The notes under the pieces are model-generated. The model ran no database searches, was not told where the DNA came from, and saw only the letters and a list, made by a program, of their open reading frames with translations. 64,000 nt of DNA from an uncultured Candidatus Rokubacteria bacterium (lineage in GTDB: Bacteria; Methylomirabilota; Methylomirabilia; Rokubacteriales; DASRDR01): positions 96,001 to 160,000 of the forward strand of contig CAWDVE010000016.1 in assembly GCA_963805625.1 (NCBI GenBank). The letters are read 5' to 3'. The translations under genes and the position numbers were made by a program. Each line of letters opens with the position of its first letter. The stretch's first letter is position 1. This document shows positions 20,364-29,706 of this stretch, one piece after another.

Positions 20364-21782
20364 GTGACGCCGCTCCGGATCGTCGTCGTCGGAGGCGGGA
20401 TCGCCGGGCTCGCGGCGGCGCACCGCCTGATCGAGCTGGCCCGGGACGAGGGGCGGGCGCTCGACCTCGTCCTCCTCGAGGCGGCCGATCGGCTGGGCGG
20501 GACGATCCGCACCGAGCGGGTCGACGGCTTCCTGCTCGAGGCCGGCCCGGACTCGTTCATCTCGGAGAAGCCGTGGGCGCTTGCCCTCGCGGAGCGGATC
20601 GGGCTCGGGACCCGGCTCCGGCGGACGGACGATCGCTTCCGGCGCACCTACGTCGTGCGCGGGGGACGGCTCCGCCCGCTGCCGGAGGGCTTCCTCCTCC
20701 TGGCGCCAACCCGGGCGTGGCCGGTGCTGGCGTCGGGCGTCTTTTCCTGGCGCGGGAAGCTCCGGCTGAGCCTCGATCTGGTCCTGCCGCGCCGGCCGTC
20801 CGCCGGGGACGAGAGTCTGGGGAGCTTCGTTCGGCGCCGGCTGGGACGCGAGGCGCTCGAGCGGGTCGCCCAGCCGCTCGTCGGGGGCATCTACTCGGCG
20901 GATCCCGACCGCCTGTCGCTCGCAGCGACCATGCCGCGCTTCCTCGCGCTCGAACGGGAGCACCGGAGCTTGATCCTCGGCCTCCGCCGGACGGCCCGGG
21001 GCGGTGAGACCGCCGGGGCGAGCGGGGCGCGGTGGAGTCTCTTCGTCACGCTGGCCGGGGGCATGGAGGAGCTGGTCGACGCCCTCGCCGCGCGCCTTCC
21101 GGCCGGTGCGACTCGGCTCTCCACGCCGGTGGCGGCCCTCGCGCCCGCGCCGAACGGCTGGCGGGTCGAGCTGCGCGACGGATCGCCGCTCCACGCGGAC
21201 GGCGTCGTCCTCGCCGGGCCGGCCCCCGCGATGGCGGCCCTCGTGAGCCGAGCGGACCGCCCGCTGGCCGGACTGCTCGGCGGGATCGCGTGCGCGTCGT
21301 CGGCGACGGTTGCCTTGGCCTACCCGCGGGCGGCGATCCGGCATCCCCTCGATGGCTTCGGCTTCGTGGTTCCACGGGTGGAGGGGCGCGCGATCCTCGC
21401 CTGCACGTTCTCGAGCGTGAAGTACCCGGGCCGGGCGCCGGACGGATTCGCCCTCCTCCGCGTGTTCGTTGGGGGGGCGATGCAGGCGGGGCTCCTCGCG
21501 CGCGAGGACCGCGCCCTCCTCCAGCTCGCGCACGACGACGTGGCGTCGCTCCTGGGGATCACGGGAGACCCGGTCGTCTCCCGCGTGTGGCGGCACCCCG
21601 GCACCATGCCCCAGTACGATGTCGGCCATCTCGACCGGGTCGCGGCCATCGAGTCCCGTCTGGAGACCCTCCCTGGCCTGGCCCTGGCAGGCGGCGCCTA
21701 CCGGGGCGTGGGGATCGCGGACTGCGTGCGCTCCGGTGAGGCCGCCGCCGAGCGGTTCAACTCAAGCCTCAAAGGACGGTAG
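20364..21782 (+). CDS. hemG: HemY-type protoporphyrinogen/coproporphyrinogen oxidase
   Basis: VVGGGIAGL, EAGPDSF, GFGFVVP, MPQYDVGH and GVGIADC motifs. Confidence 0.92.
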   Translation: MTPLRIVVVGGGIAGLAAAHRLIELARDEGRALDLVLLEAADRLGGTIRTERVDGFLLEAGPDSFISEKPWALALAERIGLGTRLRRTDDRFRRTYVVRGGRLRPLPEGFLLLAPTRAWPVLASGVFSWRGKLRLSLDLVLPRRPSAGDESLGSFVRRRLGREALERVAQPLVGGIYSADPDRLSLAATMPRFLALEREHRSLILGLRRTARGGETAGASGARWSLFVTLAGGMEELVDALAARLPAGATRLSTPVAALAPAPNGWRVELRDGSPLHADGVVLAGPAPAMAALVSRADRPLAGLLGGIACASSATVALAYPRAAIRHPLDGFGFVVPRVEGRAILACTFSSVKYPGRAPDGFALLRVFVGGAMQAGLLAREDRALLQLAHDDVASLLGITGDPVVSRVWRHPGTMPQYDVGHLDRVAAIESRLETLPGLALAGGAYRGVGIADCVRSGEAAAERFNSSLKGR

Positions 21783-21784
21783 CA

Positions 21785-22219
21785 ATGGGCAAAATCGGTC
21801 GAATCGGGATCCTCGTGCTGGCATTGGAGCTCGGGCTTTCCGGGGGGCCAGGCCCGTCCTGGGCGGCGGACGTCCCCAGCCGGACCTTCGACGCCCCGGT
21901 TGACCGGGTCTGGGTGGTAACCGAGTCGGTCCTCAAGAGCCTCGGTTGGGAGATCGACACGTTCGATCGGGCCGTGGGCTGGATCCTGACCGACTCCCGA
22001 GGGGTGGAATTCAAGGATTACGCCGTCTACGGCAAGGGATTGCGCCACAAGCTCCGGCTCGTTCTCAAGGCCGCCGGGGAGGGCCGGACGATCGTCTCGG
22101 TGGAGCGGGAACTCTACACCGAGGAGCGCATCCTCTGGATGACCGAGCGGAAGCCCGTGGCCGCGACGGAGCAGACCGTGGAAACGGGGGTCCTGGACGC
22201 GATCCAGAAGGGCCTATGA
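21785..22219 (+). CDS. Exported hypothetical protein
   Basis: Signal peptide; RTFDAPVDRVW...GWILTD alpha/beta domain; starts 2 nt after hemG. Confidence 0.7.
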   Translation: MGKIGRIGILVLALELGLSGGPGPSWAADVPSRTFDAPVDRVWVVTESVLKSLGWEIDTFDRAVGWILTDSRGVEFKDYAVYGKGLRHKLRLVLKAAGEGRTIVSVERELYTEERILWMTERKPVAATEQTVETGVLDAIQKGL

Positions 22220-22253
22220 GGGGGAGGCCGTCGGTCCCCCCGGGCCGACCCGC

Positions 22254-22282
22254 TTGCTTTTGAGCCGCGTCATGCCGACAAT
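22254..22282 (+). promoter_or_regulatory. Putative promoter of the second liv operon
   Basis: TTGCTT-17 nt-GACAAT. Confidence 0.45.
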
Positions 22283-22437
22283 AGCGGGCACCATACGCCC
22301 GGACCGGCTGACGCGCGTCAGGGCCGCGTAGACACGAACGACCGAGGGAGGTGGTGGGCGACCCTCGAACGCGAGGGTCCGGCGCTCATATCCGCGGATC
22401 TATCCGAACCCCGATGCTCTCACCTGGAGGTCAGAAG

Positions 22438-23646
22438 ATGATGCGACGTGGCTTCATTGGAGCGCTGGCCGTGCTGCTGGCGGTGGGCCTGGTCGTGGTC
22501 CTGCCCGGCGGCGGCATGGCGCAGCAGAAGGTCGTCAAGATCGGCATGTCGCTCCCCGTTACGGGCGCTGATGCCGACGGTGCCGACGCCATCAAGAAGG
22601 GCGCCGAGCTCGCGATCCAGGAGATCAACGCCAAGGGCGGCGTGGCCGGCTACAAGCTCGAGGCCGTCAACTACGACAGCGCCACACCGGCGGCGGGCCA
22701 GTACGACCCTGCCCAGGCCGCGACCAACTACAAGAAGTTCATCGCGGACCCCCTGGTCCTGGCGGCAGTGGGTCCGGAGATGAGCGGTGAGGGGAAGGCG
22801 ATCTCCCCGATCCTCTCCGAGGCCGACATGGCCACGATCACCCCCGCCTCAACCAACCCGGACATCACCGACCCGAAGTTCAAGAGCCAGTACCGGCCCA
22901 AGGGCAAGGCGGTCTATTTCCGTAACGTGACGACCGACGCCTACCAGGGTCCGAACATGGCCAACTACCTCTTCCACCAGGTGAAGATGAAGAGCGTCTA
23001 CGTCCTGGACGACAGCGGCGCATTCGGGGTCGGCATCGCCGATAGCTTCGAGCGGCGGGCCAAGGAGCTCGGGGTCAAGGTGCTCGGCCGCGACCGGCTT
23101 GACCCGAAGGAGGCCGACTACAAGACGATCCTGACCAAGATCAAGGGCATGAACCCGGACACCCTCTACTACGGCGGGGTCCTACAGGCGGCCACAAAGC
23201 TGGCGCCCCAGGCCCTCGAGATCATACCGCAGGTCGTCAAGGCCGGTTCCGACGGCGTCTACGACCTCTCCTGGCCCAAGCAGTCCGGCAAGGAGGCGGT
23301 CGAGGGCTGGTACCTCTCGCAGGCGTCGCCCGAGCTGGTGACCGACCCGAAGGTCGAGGCCTGGGTGACGAAGTTCAAGACCACACAGAAGCGCGATCCA
23401 ACCAACTATTCGATCACCGCGTACACCGCGGTGTACGTCATCGCCGATGCGGTGGAGCGGACGGTGAAGGCCAACAAGCCGCTCAACCGGTCCAACCTCC
23501 GCGCCGCGATCCAGGCGACGAAGCTCGACTCGATCCAGGGCTCCATCGCCTACGACGAGAACGGCGACATCACCAACCGGACTGTCTCCATCTACCAGTG
23601 GCGAGACGGCGAGATCAAGTACATCGGGGTAGCGCCGCAGAAGTAG
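22438..23646 (+). CDS. Branched-chain amino acid ABC transporter substrate-binding protein (LivK/LivJ-like)
   Basis: Signal peptide; KIGMSLPVTG, INAKGGV, STNPDIT and YDENGD motifs. Confidence 0.92.
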   Translation: MMRRGFIGALAVLLAVGLVVVLPGGGMAQQKVVKIGMSLPVTGADADGADAIKKGAELAIQEINAKGGVAGYKLEAVNYDSATPAAGQYDPAQAATNYKKFIADPLVLAAVGPEMSGEGKAISPILSEADMATITPASTNPDITDPKFKSQYRPKGKAVYFRNVTTDAYQGPNMANYLFHQVKMKSVYVLDDSGAFGVGIADSFERRAKELGVKVLGRDRLDPKEADYKTILTKIKGMNPDTLYYGGVLQAATKLAPQALEIIPQVVKAGSDGVYDLSWPKQSGKEAVEGWYLSQASPELVTDPKVEAWVTKFKTTQKRDPTNYSITAYTAVYVIADAVERTVKANKPLNRSNLRAAIQATKLDSIQGSIAYDENGDITNRTVSIYQWRDGEIKYIGVAPQK

Positions 23647-23656
23647 GCGGATCCGA

Positions 23657-23691
23657 GGCTCCGGGCAGGCGCCAGGCGCCTGCCCGGAGCC
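23657..23691 (+). terminator. Long hairpin between the substrate-binding and permease genes (mRNA stabiliser or partial terminator)
   Basis: ggctccgggcaggcgcc-a-ggcgcctgcccggagcc; perfect 17-nt arms. Confidence 0.65.
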
Positions 23692-23699
23692 CACTCCCG

Positions 23700-24629
23700 A
23701 TGAGCCTCTTCGACGTCCTCCTCCAGCAGATCGTCAACGGGCTCGCGCTGGGCATGATGTACGCCCTGCTCGCGCTCGGCTTCACGATGGTCTACGGCAT
23801 CATCGAGCTGATCAACTTCTCCCATTTCAGCGTCTTCATGACCGGGACGTTCATCGGCATCCTCGTGCTGGACCTGGTGGGAATCACCGCCGTGTCGAAG
23901 TCCGTGACGGGGCTCCCGCTGGTCGGCACGCTGGTCTTCCTGTTCGCGGCGACCATGGTAGTGACTGGTCTCCTCGGCGTGCTCATCGAACGACTCTGTC
24001 TTCGCCCGGTCCGTCACGTCTCGGGAACGGCCCCGATGATCACCACCATCGGAGTCGCGTTCATCCTGATCAACATCATGCTGCTCTGGTGGGGACCGCA
24101 GGCCCAGCGGTTCCCGCAACTCCTGCCGAACTGGCGGTGGCAGGTCGGCCAGGCCGAGATCACGTTCAAGCTCGTCGTGCTCTGCGTCACCGGACTGATC
24201 CTGATGCTGGCGCTGAACTATCTCGTGAAGAGGACGGCGCTCGGGAAGGCCATGCGCGCGACCGCCCAGGATGCCGACGCCGCGAGGATGATGGGGGTCG
24301 ACGTCGATCGCGTCGTCGTCCTGACGTTCTTTCTCGGCTCGGCCCTGGCGGGCGCGGGCAGCCTGTTCTTCGGCCTCTACTACGGCTTCACCGGGTACTA
24401 CATTGGCTACACCACCGGCCTGCGCGCCTTCACCTCGGCCGTGCTGGGTGGGATCGGCAACATTCCGGGCGCGGTGATGGGCGGCCTGATCATCGGGCTG
24501 GTGCAGTCGCTCGGCGGCCAGCTCTTGGGGGTCAGGTGGACCGACGTCATTATCTTCTCCATCCTCATCGTCGTGATGGTGCTCCGTCCGGCCGGCCTGT
24601 TCGGCACGCAGACCCCCCAGAAGGTGTGA
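23700..24629 (+). CDS. livH: Branched-chain amino acid ABC transporter permease
   Basis: ALGFTMVYGIIELINFSH, GKAMRATAQD and AVLGGIGNIPGA motifs. Confidence 0.93.
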   Translation: MSLFDVLLQQIVNGLALGMMYALLALGFTMVYGIIELINFSHFSVFMTGTFIGILVLDLVGITAVSKSVTGLPLVGTLVFLFAATMVVTGLLGVLIERLCLRPVRHVSGTAPMITTIGVAFILINIMLLWWGPQAQRFPQLLPNWRWQVGQAEITFKLVVLCVTGLILMLALNYLVKRTALGKAMRATAQDADAARMMGVDVDRVVVLTFFLGSALAGAGSLFFGLYYGFTGYYIGYTTGLRAFTSAVLGGIGNIPGAVMGGLIIGLVQSLGGQLLGVRWTDVIIFSILIVVMVLRPAGLFGTQTPQKV

Positions 24630-24642
24630 GCCGACGCGGCTG

Positions 24643-26661
24643 ATGCGAGCCCTCGCCGCGCGGCTGGCCGGGTCTTCCTGGGTCGTGCGTTGGCGCGAGC
24701 TCTCGCTGGCGCGTCGCCGCCAGGCCATGACGGTCGTGTGCCTCGCGGTCGGGCTGGCGTTCCCGCTCATGGTGTCGAACGCGGGGAACGTGGACGCAGC
24801 AGCCAACGCCTTCACCTACGTCCTCCTCGCGCTTGGCCTCAACATCGTCGTGGGGTTCGCGGGCCTCCTCGACCTCGGCTACGCGGCGTTCTTCGCGGTC
24901 GGGGCGTACGGCTACGGGGTCATGGCGTCCGGGCAGCTCAAGCCGGCGTGGTCGGAACTCTGGGCACCGCTCGCCTGGCTCGGCCAGGTGAGCCGCGTCG
25001 CGGTCCCCGATCAGCCGGACATCGTCCAGCTCCACTTTTCCTTCTGGCCGATGCTGGCGATCGCGGCGATCATCTGCGCGGTTTTCGGGCTGGTCTTCGG
25101 CGCGCCGACGCTTCGGCTCCGTGGCGATTATCTCGCGATCGTGACCCTCGGCTTCGGCGAGATCGTGCCGGTGGTCGCGCGCAACTGGGATGGGCTGACG
25201 AACGGCGCCCAGGGGCTCGGAGGCATCCAGACGCCGAAGCTGTTCGGCTACGACTTCGGATTCTCGCCCTACCCCTATTACTTCCTCGGCCTCGGATTGG
25301 TTGCGGCGGCGGTCTTCGTCTCGATCCGCCTCCAGGAGTCGCGGGTGGGGCGCGCGTGGATGGCAATCCGCGAGGACGAGCTCGCGGCGGGGGCGATGGG
25401 GGTCAGCCATGTGCACTATAAGCTCCTAGCCTTCGCCATGGGCGCCGCCGTGGGCGGGCTGGCCGGCGTGTTCTACGTCGCCAAGCTCACCATCGCCACC
25501 CCGGAGATGTTCATGTTCCCGGTGTCGGTCATGGTGCTGGTCATGGTCGTGCTCGGCGGCATGGGCTCGATCCGTGGCGTCGTCATCGCTGCGCTCCTTC
25601 TCGCGTTCCTCCAGTCCGTCATCCTCCAGGAGCTGACCGAGTACGTCCATGCCGTCGGCCGGGCGCTCGGGAGTGGATTCCTCCAGAGGCTGGAGCTGAT
25701 CACCGCGTTGGAGCTGATCTTCGGGCTGATCCTGGTCCTGATGATGCTCTTCCGGCGCGAGGGGCTCTGGCCGGCGGTGCGGCGCGTGGCCGCGCTCACC
25801 CAGGAGCAGCAGGCGGCCGTGCCGTCCCGCGGGGCGGCGGTCGAGCTCTCCTGGGCCACCCCGAAGTTGGGCACCGTACCGGCGCGGGCACTGCTGGAGA
25901 TCGAGGGGCTCACGAAGCGATTCGGTGGCGTGGCTGCTGCCGACAACATCGCGCTCAGTGTCCACGCGGGCGAGCTCGTGAGCGTCATCGGGCCGAACGG
26001 CTCCGGGAAGACCACCCTCTTCAACCTCATCACAGGGCTCGTTTCGCGGGACAGCGGGGTGATCCGTCTCGAGGGCGCGGAGATCAGCGGCCTACCGCCC
26101 CATGAGATCGTCCAGCGCGGGGTGGCCCGCACGTTCCAGAACGTCCGGCTGTTCAACAACCTGAGCGTGTTGGAGAACCTCCTGGTGGGCGAGCACGCGC
26201 GGCTTCGGGCGGGCGCCCTGGGGGCGATCTTCCGGCCGCCGCGGGTCCGCGAGGAGGAGCGGCAGGCCCTCGAGAGCGCGCTCGAGGTGCTGGGCCTCTT
26301 CGGCAACCGCCTGATCCCCCGGCTCGATCATCCTGCCTACGGGCTCTCCTACGCGAACCGCCGTCGCACCGAAATCGCCCGGGCGATCATGACGCGCCCG
26401 AAGCTCCTGCTCCTCGACGAGCCGGCGGCAGGCATGAACCCCGCGGAGACGCTCGAGCTGATGGACCTGGTGAAGGCGCTCCGGGGGCTCGGGATCACGA
26501 TCATCCTGATCGAGCACAAGCTGGACGTCGTCATGGACGTCTCGGACCGGGTGATCGTGCTCGACCACGGCGTCAAGATCGCCGAGGGCAAGCCCGTTCA
26601 GGTCCGGAACGACGAAAAGGTGATCGAGGCCTACCTCGGGCGCAGGCGGCGCGTGGCGTGA
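24643..26661 (+). CDS. Fused LivM permease-LivG ATP-binding protein
   Basis: LRGDYLAIVTLGFGEI, followed by GPNGSGKT, ARTFQN and LLLDEPAAG. Confidence 0.92.
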   Translation: MRALAARLAGSSWVVRWRELSLARRRQAMTVVCLAVGLAFPLMVSNAGNVDAAANAFTYVLLALGLNIVVGFAGLLDLGYAAFFAVGAYGYGVMASGQLKPAWSELWAPLAWLGQVSRVAVPDQPDIVQLHFSFWPMLAIAAIICAVFGLVFGAPTLRLRGDYLAIVTLGFGEIVPVVARNWDGLTNGAQGLGGIQTPKLFGYDFGFSPYPYYFLGLGLVAAAVFVSIRLQESRVGRAWMAIREDELAAGAMGVSHVHYKLLAFAMGAAVGGLAGVFYVAKLTIATPEMFMFPVSVMVLVMVVLGGMGSIRGVVIAALLLAFLQSVILQELTEYVHAVGRALGSGFLQRLELITALELIFGLILVLMMLFRREGLWPAVRRVAALTQEQQAAVPSRGAAVELSWATPKLGTVPARALLEIEGLTKRFGGVAAADNIALSVHAGELVSVIGPNGSGKTTLFNLITGLVSRDSGVIRLEGAEISGLPPHEIVQRGVARTFQNVRLFNNLSVLENLLVGEHARLRAGALGAIFRPPRVREEERQALESALEVLGLFGNRLIPRLDHPAYGLSYANRRRTEIARAIMTRPKLLLLDEPAAGMNPAETLELMDLVKALRGLGITIILIEHKLDVVMDVSDRVIVLDHGVKIAEGKPVQVRNDEKVIEAYLGRRRRVA

Positions 26662-26665
26662 GCCT

Positions 26666-26787
26666 GCCCGGGGCGATCCGCGTCGCATCCCGTCGTCCTC
26701 GGGCCTCGGCCAGCCTCAACGTATGCGGCATACGCCTCGGCCGGCCTCGGCCCTGCGTCCTAGGACTGCTCGCGTCTTACCCCGGGC
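26666..26787. repeat. REP/MITE-like imperfect palindrome inside the liv operon
   Basis: Terminal gcccgggg/ccccgggc arms, central cgtatgc-g-gcatacg, and periodic cctcgg units on both arms. Confidence 0.65.
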
Positions 26788-26815
26788 GCCGAACAAGCGG
26801 AGCAGGGGTAGCCCA

Positions 26816-26840
26816 GTGAGCCCACAGGCCGAAGGCCGTC
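26816..26840 (+). repeat. 25-nt repeat copy 1 (GTGAGCCCACAGGCCGAAGGCCGTC)
   Basis: Identical to 30557..30533 on the minus strand. Confidence 0.85.
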
Positions 26841-27568
26841 CGACCGCTGCCGCTGAGCCCATCCTCCGGTTCACGGACGTCCATACCTACTACGGGCCGC
26901 TCCACGTTCTCAAGGGCGTGAGCTACGAGATCCACGAGGGCGAGATCGTCTCGCTCCTGGGCGGGAACGCGTCCGGGAAGTCGACCACGATGAAGACCGT
27001 GCTCGGCCTCGTGCGTCCGGCCGAGGGCACCGTGACTTTCCGGGGCGAGGCGATCCACACGCTGCGCACGAGCGAGATCGTCCGCCGCGGCATCGCCCCG
27101 GTGCCCGAGGCCCGCCGCGTCTTCCCCCGCATGACGGTTCTCGAGAACCTGGAGATGGGCCGCTACACGCGCCGCCGCGAGCCGGGCTGGGAGGCGGAGC
27201 TGGACCGGGTCTTCGGGCTGTTTCCGATCCTCAAGGAACGGCGGAGCCAGCTCGGCGGCACGATGTCGGGCGGTGAGCAGCAGATGCTCGCGATCGGCCG
27301 GGCGCTCATGACGAATCCGAAGCTGCTCTGCATGGACGAGCCGTCGATGGGGCTGTCGCCGGGGTACGTCGAGCAGGTGTTCGACATCATCAAGACGATC
27401 AACCAGCAGGGGACGACCGTCTTCGTGGTCGAGCAGAACGTCAACATGGCCCTGTCCATCGCGAATCGCGGCTATGTGCTCCAGATGGGCGAGGTTGTGC
27501 TCGCCGGCACCGCGAAGGAGCTGCTGGAGAGCCCGCTCATCCAGAAGGCGTATCTGGGGACGGCCTGA
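26816..27568 (+). CDS. livF: Branched-chain amino acid ABC transporter ATP-binding protein
   Basis: GGNASGKST, MSGGEQQMLAIGRAL, MDEPSMGL and VEQN motifs. Confidence 0.93.
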   Translation: MSPQAEGRPTAAAEPILRFTDVHTYYGPLHVLKGVSYEIHEGEIVSLLGGNASGKSTTMKTVLGLVRPAEGTVTFRGEAIHTLRTSEIVRRGIAPVPEARRVFPRMTVLENLEMGRYTRRREPGWEAELDRVFGLFPILKERRSQLGGTMSGGEQQMLAIGRALMTNPKLLCMDEPSMGLSPGYVEQVFDIIKTINQQGTTVFVVEQNVNMALSIANRGYVLQMGEVVLAGTAKELLESPLIQKAYLGTA

Positions 27569-27605
27569 CGGCCCGCGGGACAGGCCTGCTGTCGAAGGTC
27601 GGGCT

Positions 27606-28010
27606 GTGACTCCAGGGCATTCGCCGCCAGGGCCGTCCGCCCGACGTCTCGGTCGCCTGCTGCTCCCCGCCGTTCCATGGGTTGCGGGACTCTTGATCGC
27701 GGAAGCGCCAGCCTCAGCGGTGGCGTGGCCAGCGATCCAGGACGGCGTCGGGACCGTGTACCTCTGCGACAGCCGGCCGAGCCAGCTGCCCGACGGCCGA
27801 TGGAGCTGTCGCGGCGGGGCCGGCACTTACGTGGGTGCTCTGGTGGAGGTTGCCCGACCCGGCACGCCGCCCGGCGTGCGCCCGTGGGACACGCCCCGGG
27901 GCGTGCCGTACCGGTACGTCCCGTACCCCTGGGGTCCACCGCCCCGCGAGCCGAGCGGCTACGACGCGCTCGATCCCTGGCTGGGGCGGCCGGGCGCGTC
28001 GGAGCGCTGA
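27606..28010 (+). CDS. Hypothetical, probably exported, Pro/Tyr-rich protein
   Basis: Hydrophobic N-region ending APASA; two Cys; fills the gap between livF and the next gene. Confidence 0.5.
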   Translation: MTPGHSPPGPSARRLGRLLLPAVPWVAGLLIAEAPASAVAWPAIQDGVGTVYLCDSRPSQLPDGRWSCRGGAGTYVGALVEVARPGTPPGVRPWDTPRGVPYRYVPYPWGPPPREPSGYDALDPWLGRPGASER

Positions 28011-28264
28011 CGACGGACCGAGAGCGGCCCGCGCGCGCGCCCGCGTCGCCGGCGGGCGGCCCCACCGGCGACGACCGGGCGCGGGCGGGGCTCTGCGCGG
28101 ACTGCCGCTGGGCGCGGCGCGTGCCGAGCGCGCGCGGCTCCGTGTTCTTCCTGTGCCGGCGCGCCGAGACGGATCCGGAGTATCCGCGCTACCCACGCCT
28201 GCCCCGCCTCGCCTGCCCGGGCTACGAACCGTCCACGCGGGCCGACCCGCCGGCGTCCGGGTAG
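28007..28264 (+). CDS. Small Cys-rich conserved hypothetical protein
   Basis: GLCADCRWARRVPSARGSVFFLCRRAETDPEYPRYPRLPRLACPGY; the only nearby start is a CTG overlapping the upstream stop. Confidence 0.65.
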   Translation: MTTDRERPARAPASPAGGPTGDDRARAGLCADCRWARRVPSARGSVFFLCRRAETDPEYPRYPRLPRLACPGYEPSTRADPPASG

Positions 28265-28339
28265 GCGCCAGAGATGGCGCAGGCGACGGCCGTCCTGGCC
28301 CGTCGCCCGCGTGCTGCGTTCCTCTTCAGGCTGCCGGAA

Positions 28340-29677
28340 TCAGCGGCCGGGGAACACCACCTTCAGGCAGTCGGCCAGCACACCGAGCACCGTCTCGACC
28401 TCGCCCTCGTCGATGATGAGCGGAGGCTTGATCTTGATCACGTTCGGCAGCGCCGACGCCGTCGCCAGGATCACGCCGCGCTGCCACGCCTCTGCGACCA
28501 GGCGCTTGGCCTCCGCGGCCGCCGGCGCCCGGCTCTCCGGATCCGTGACCAGCTCGACGCCGATGAAGAGCCCCGGCCCGCGGATGTCGCCGATCTGCGG
28601 ATATTCGGCCTGGAGGGCCTTGAGACCGCGGGTGAAGAGCGCGCCCATCCTGGCAGCGTGCTCCGGGATACGGTCGCGCTCGAGAATCTCGATGACCTTG
28701 AGCGCCGCGGCCTGGGCGATGGGATTCGACCCGAACGTGTAGACGTCCTCGCCCGTCGCCTCGAACTGCTTCAGCCGGTCGTCCGCGACGACGGCGGCCA
28801 TCGGGAAGCCGCCCCCGATCGCCTTGGACAGCACCATGATGTCCGGCGTCACGCCGAGCCCCTCGGCGGCGAACATCCGGCCCGTCCGCCCGAACGCCGT
28901 CTGGATCTCGTCGAAGATCAGGAGCGCGCCGAACTCGTCGGCGATGCGGCGCACCTCGCGGGTGAACGCGGCCGGGAAGGGGATGCCACCACCGTTGCCC
29001 TGGATCGGCTCCATCATGATCGCGGCCACCGGGCCGTCCACACCGCGCTGGAGCGTGTCCCGGATCGGCGCCGCGCAACCGGCGTCGCACTGGCCGTCGG
29101 GCCCGTGCTGGGCGCGCCGCCAGCAGCGGTACGCATACGGGTTCGGCACCCGGACGAAGTTCTGCATGAACGGCATGAACTTCACCCCGGGCCCGTAGTG
29201 ACCTGCCGTGCGGGTGGGGCTCCACGACGCCGCCATCGTCGCCAGCGTGTTGCCGTGGTAGGCATGGTAGAACGTCACGAACCGGTGCGCGGCGGGCCGG
29301 TTGATCATCGCGAGCTTCATCGCGGACTCGATTCCGAGGGAGCCGGTCGGCGCGTACGTCACGATGTTGAGATGGCCGGGGCAGAGGTCGGCCAGGCGCT
29401 TGGCGAGGTGGAGCCGCGGGAGCGTCGGGAAGCCCGCGCGCACGTGGGGCATGGTTCGCATCTGGGCGAGCGCGGCCTCCGTCACCTCGGGATGGTTGTA
29501 CCCGAGGGCGAGCGTCCAGGCCTGGGCGGTGCAATCGATGTACGACCTCCCGTCGATGTCCGTGACGCGGGAGCCCTGTCCGCCGACGAGGACGGGACCG
29601 AGCCACGTGGCGCCGTAGCCCACGTGGCGCTGGAGCTCCGCGATCTGCTGGGGCGTGAGCGATCCTTGTTGCGGCAC
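28340..29677 (-). CDS. Class III aminotransferase (4-aminobutyrate/acetylornithine type)
   Basis: AYHGNT, EPIQGNGG, IFDEIQTAFGRTG, SKAIGGGFP and YTFGSNP motifs. Confidence 0.92.
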   Translation of the reverse strand: MPQQGSLTPQQIAELQRHVGYGATWLGPVLVGGQGSRVTDIDGRSYIDCTAQAWTLALGYNHPEVTEAALAQMRTMPHVRAGFPTLPRLHLAKRLADLCPGHLNIVTYAPTGSLGIESAMKLAMINRPAAHRFVTFYHAYHGNTLATMAASWSPTRTAGHYGPGVKFMPFMQNFVRVPNPYAYRCWRRAQHGPDGQCDAGCAAPIRDTLQRGVDGPVAAIMMEPIQGNGGGIPFPAAFTREVRRIADEFGALLIFDEIQTAFGRTGRMFAAEGLGVTPDIMVLSKAIGGGFPMAAVVADDRLKQFEATGEDVYTFGSNPIAQAAALKVIEILERDRIPEHAARMGALFTRGLKALQAEYPQIGDIRGPGLFIGVELVTDPESRAPAAAEAKRLVAEAWQRGVILATASALPNVIKIKPPLIIDEGEVETVLGVLADCLKVVFPGR

Positions 29678-29706
29678 GAGCGACTCCTCCTGTGTGGGGG
29701 GCCGGC

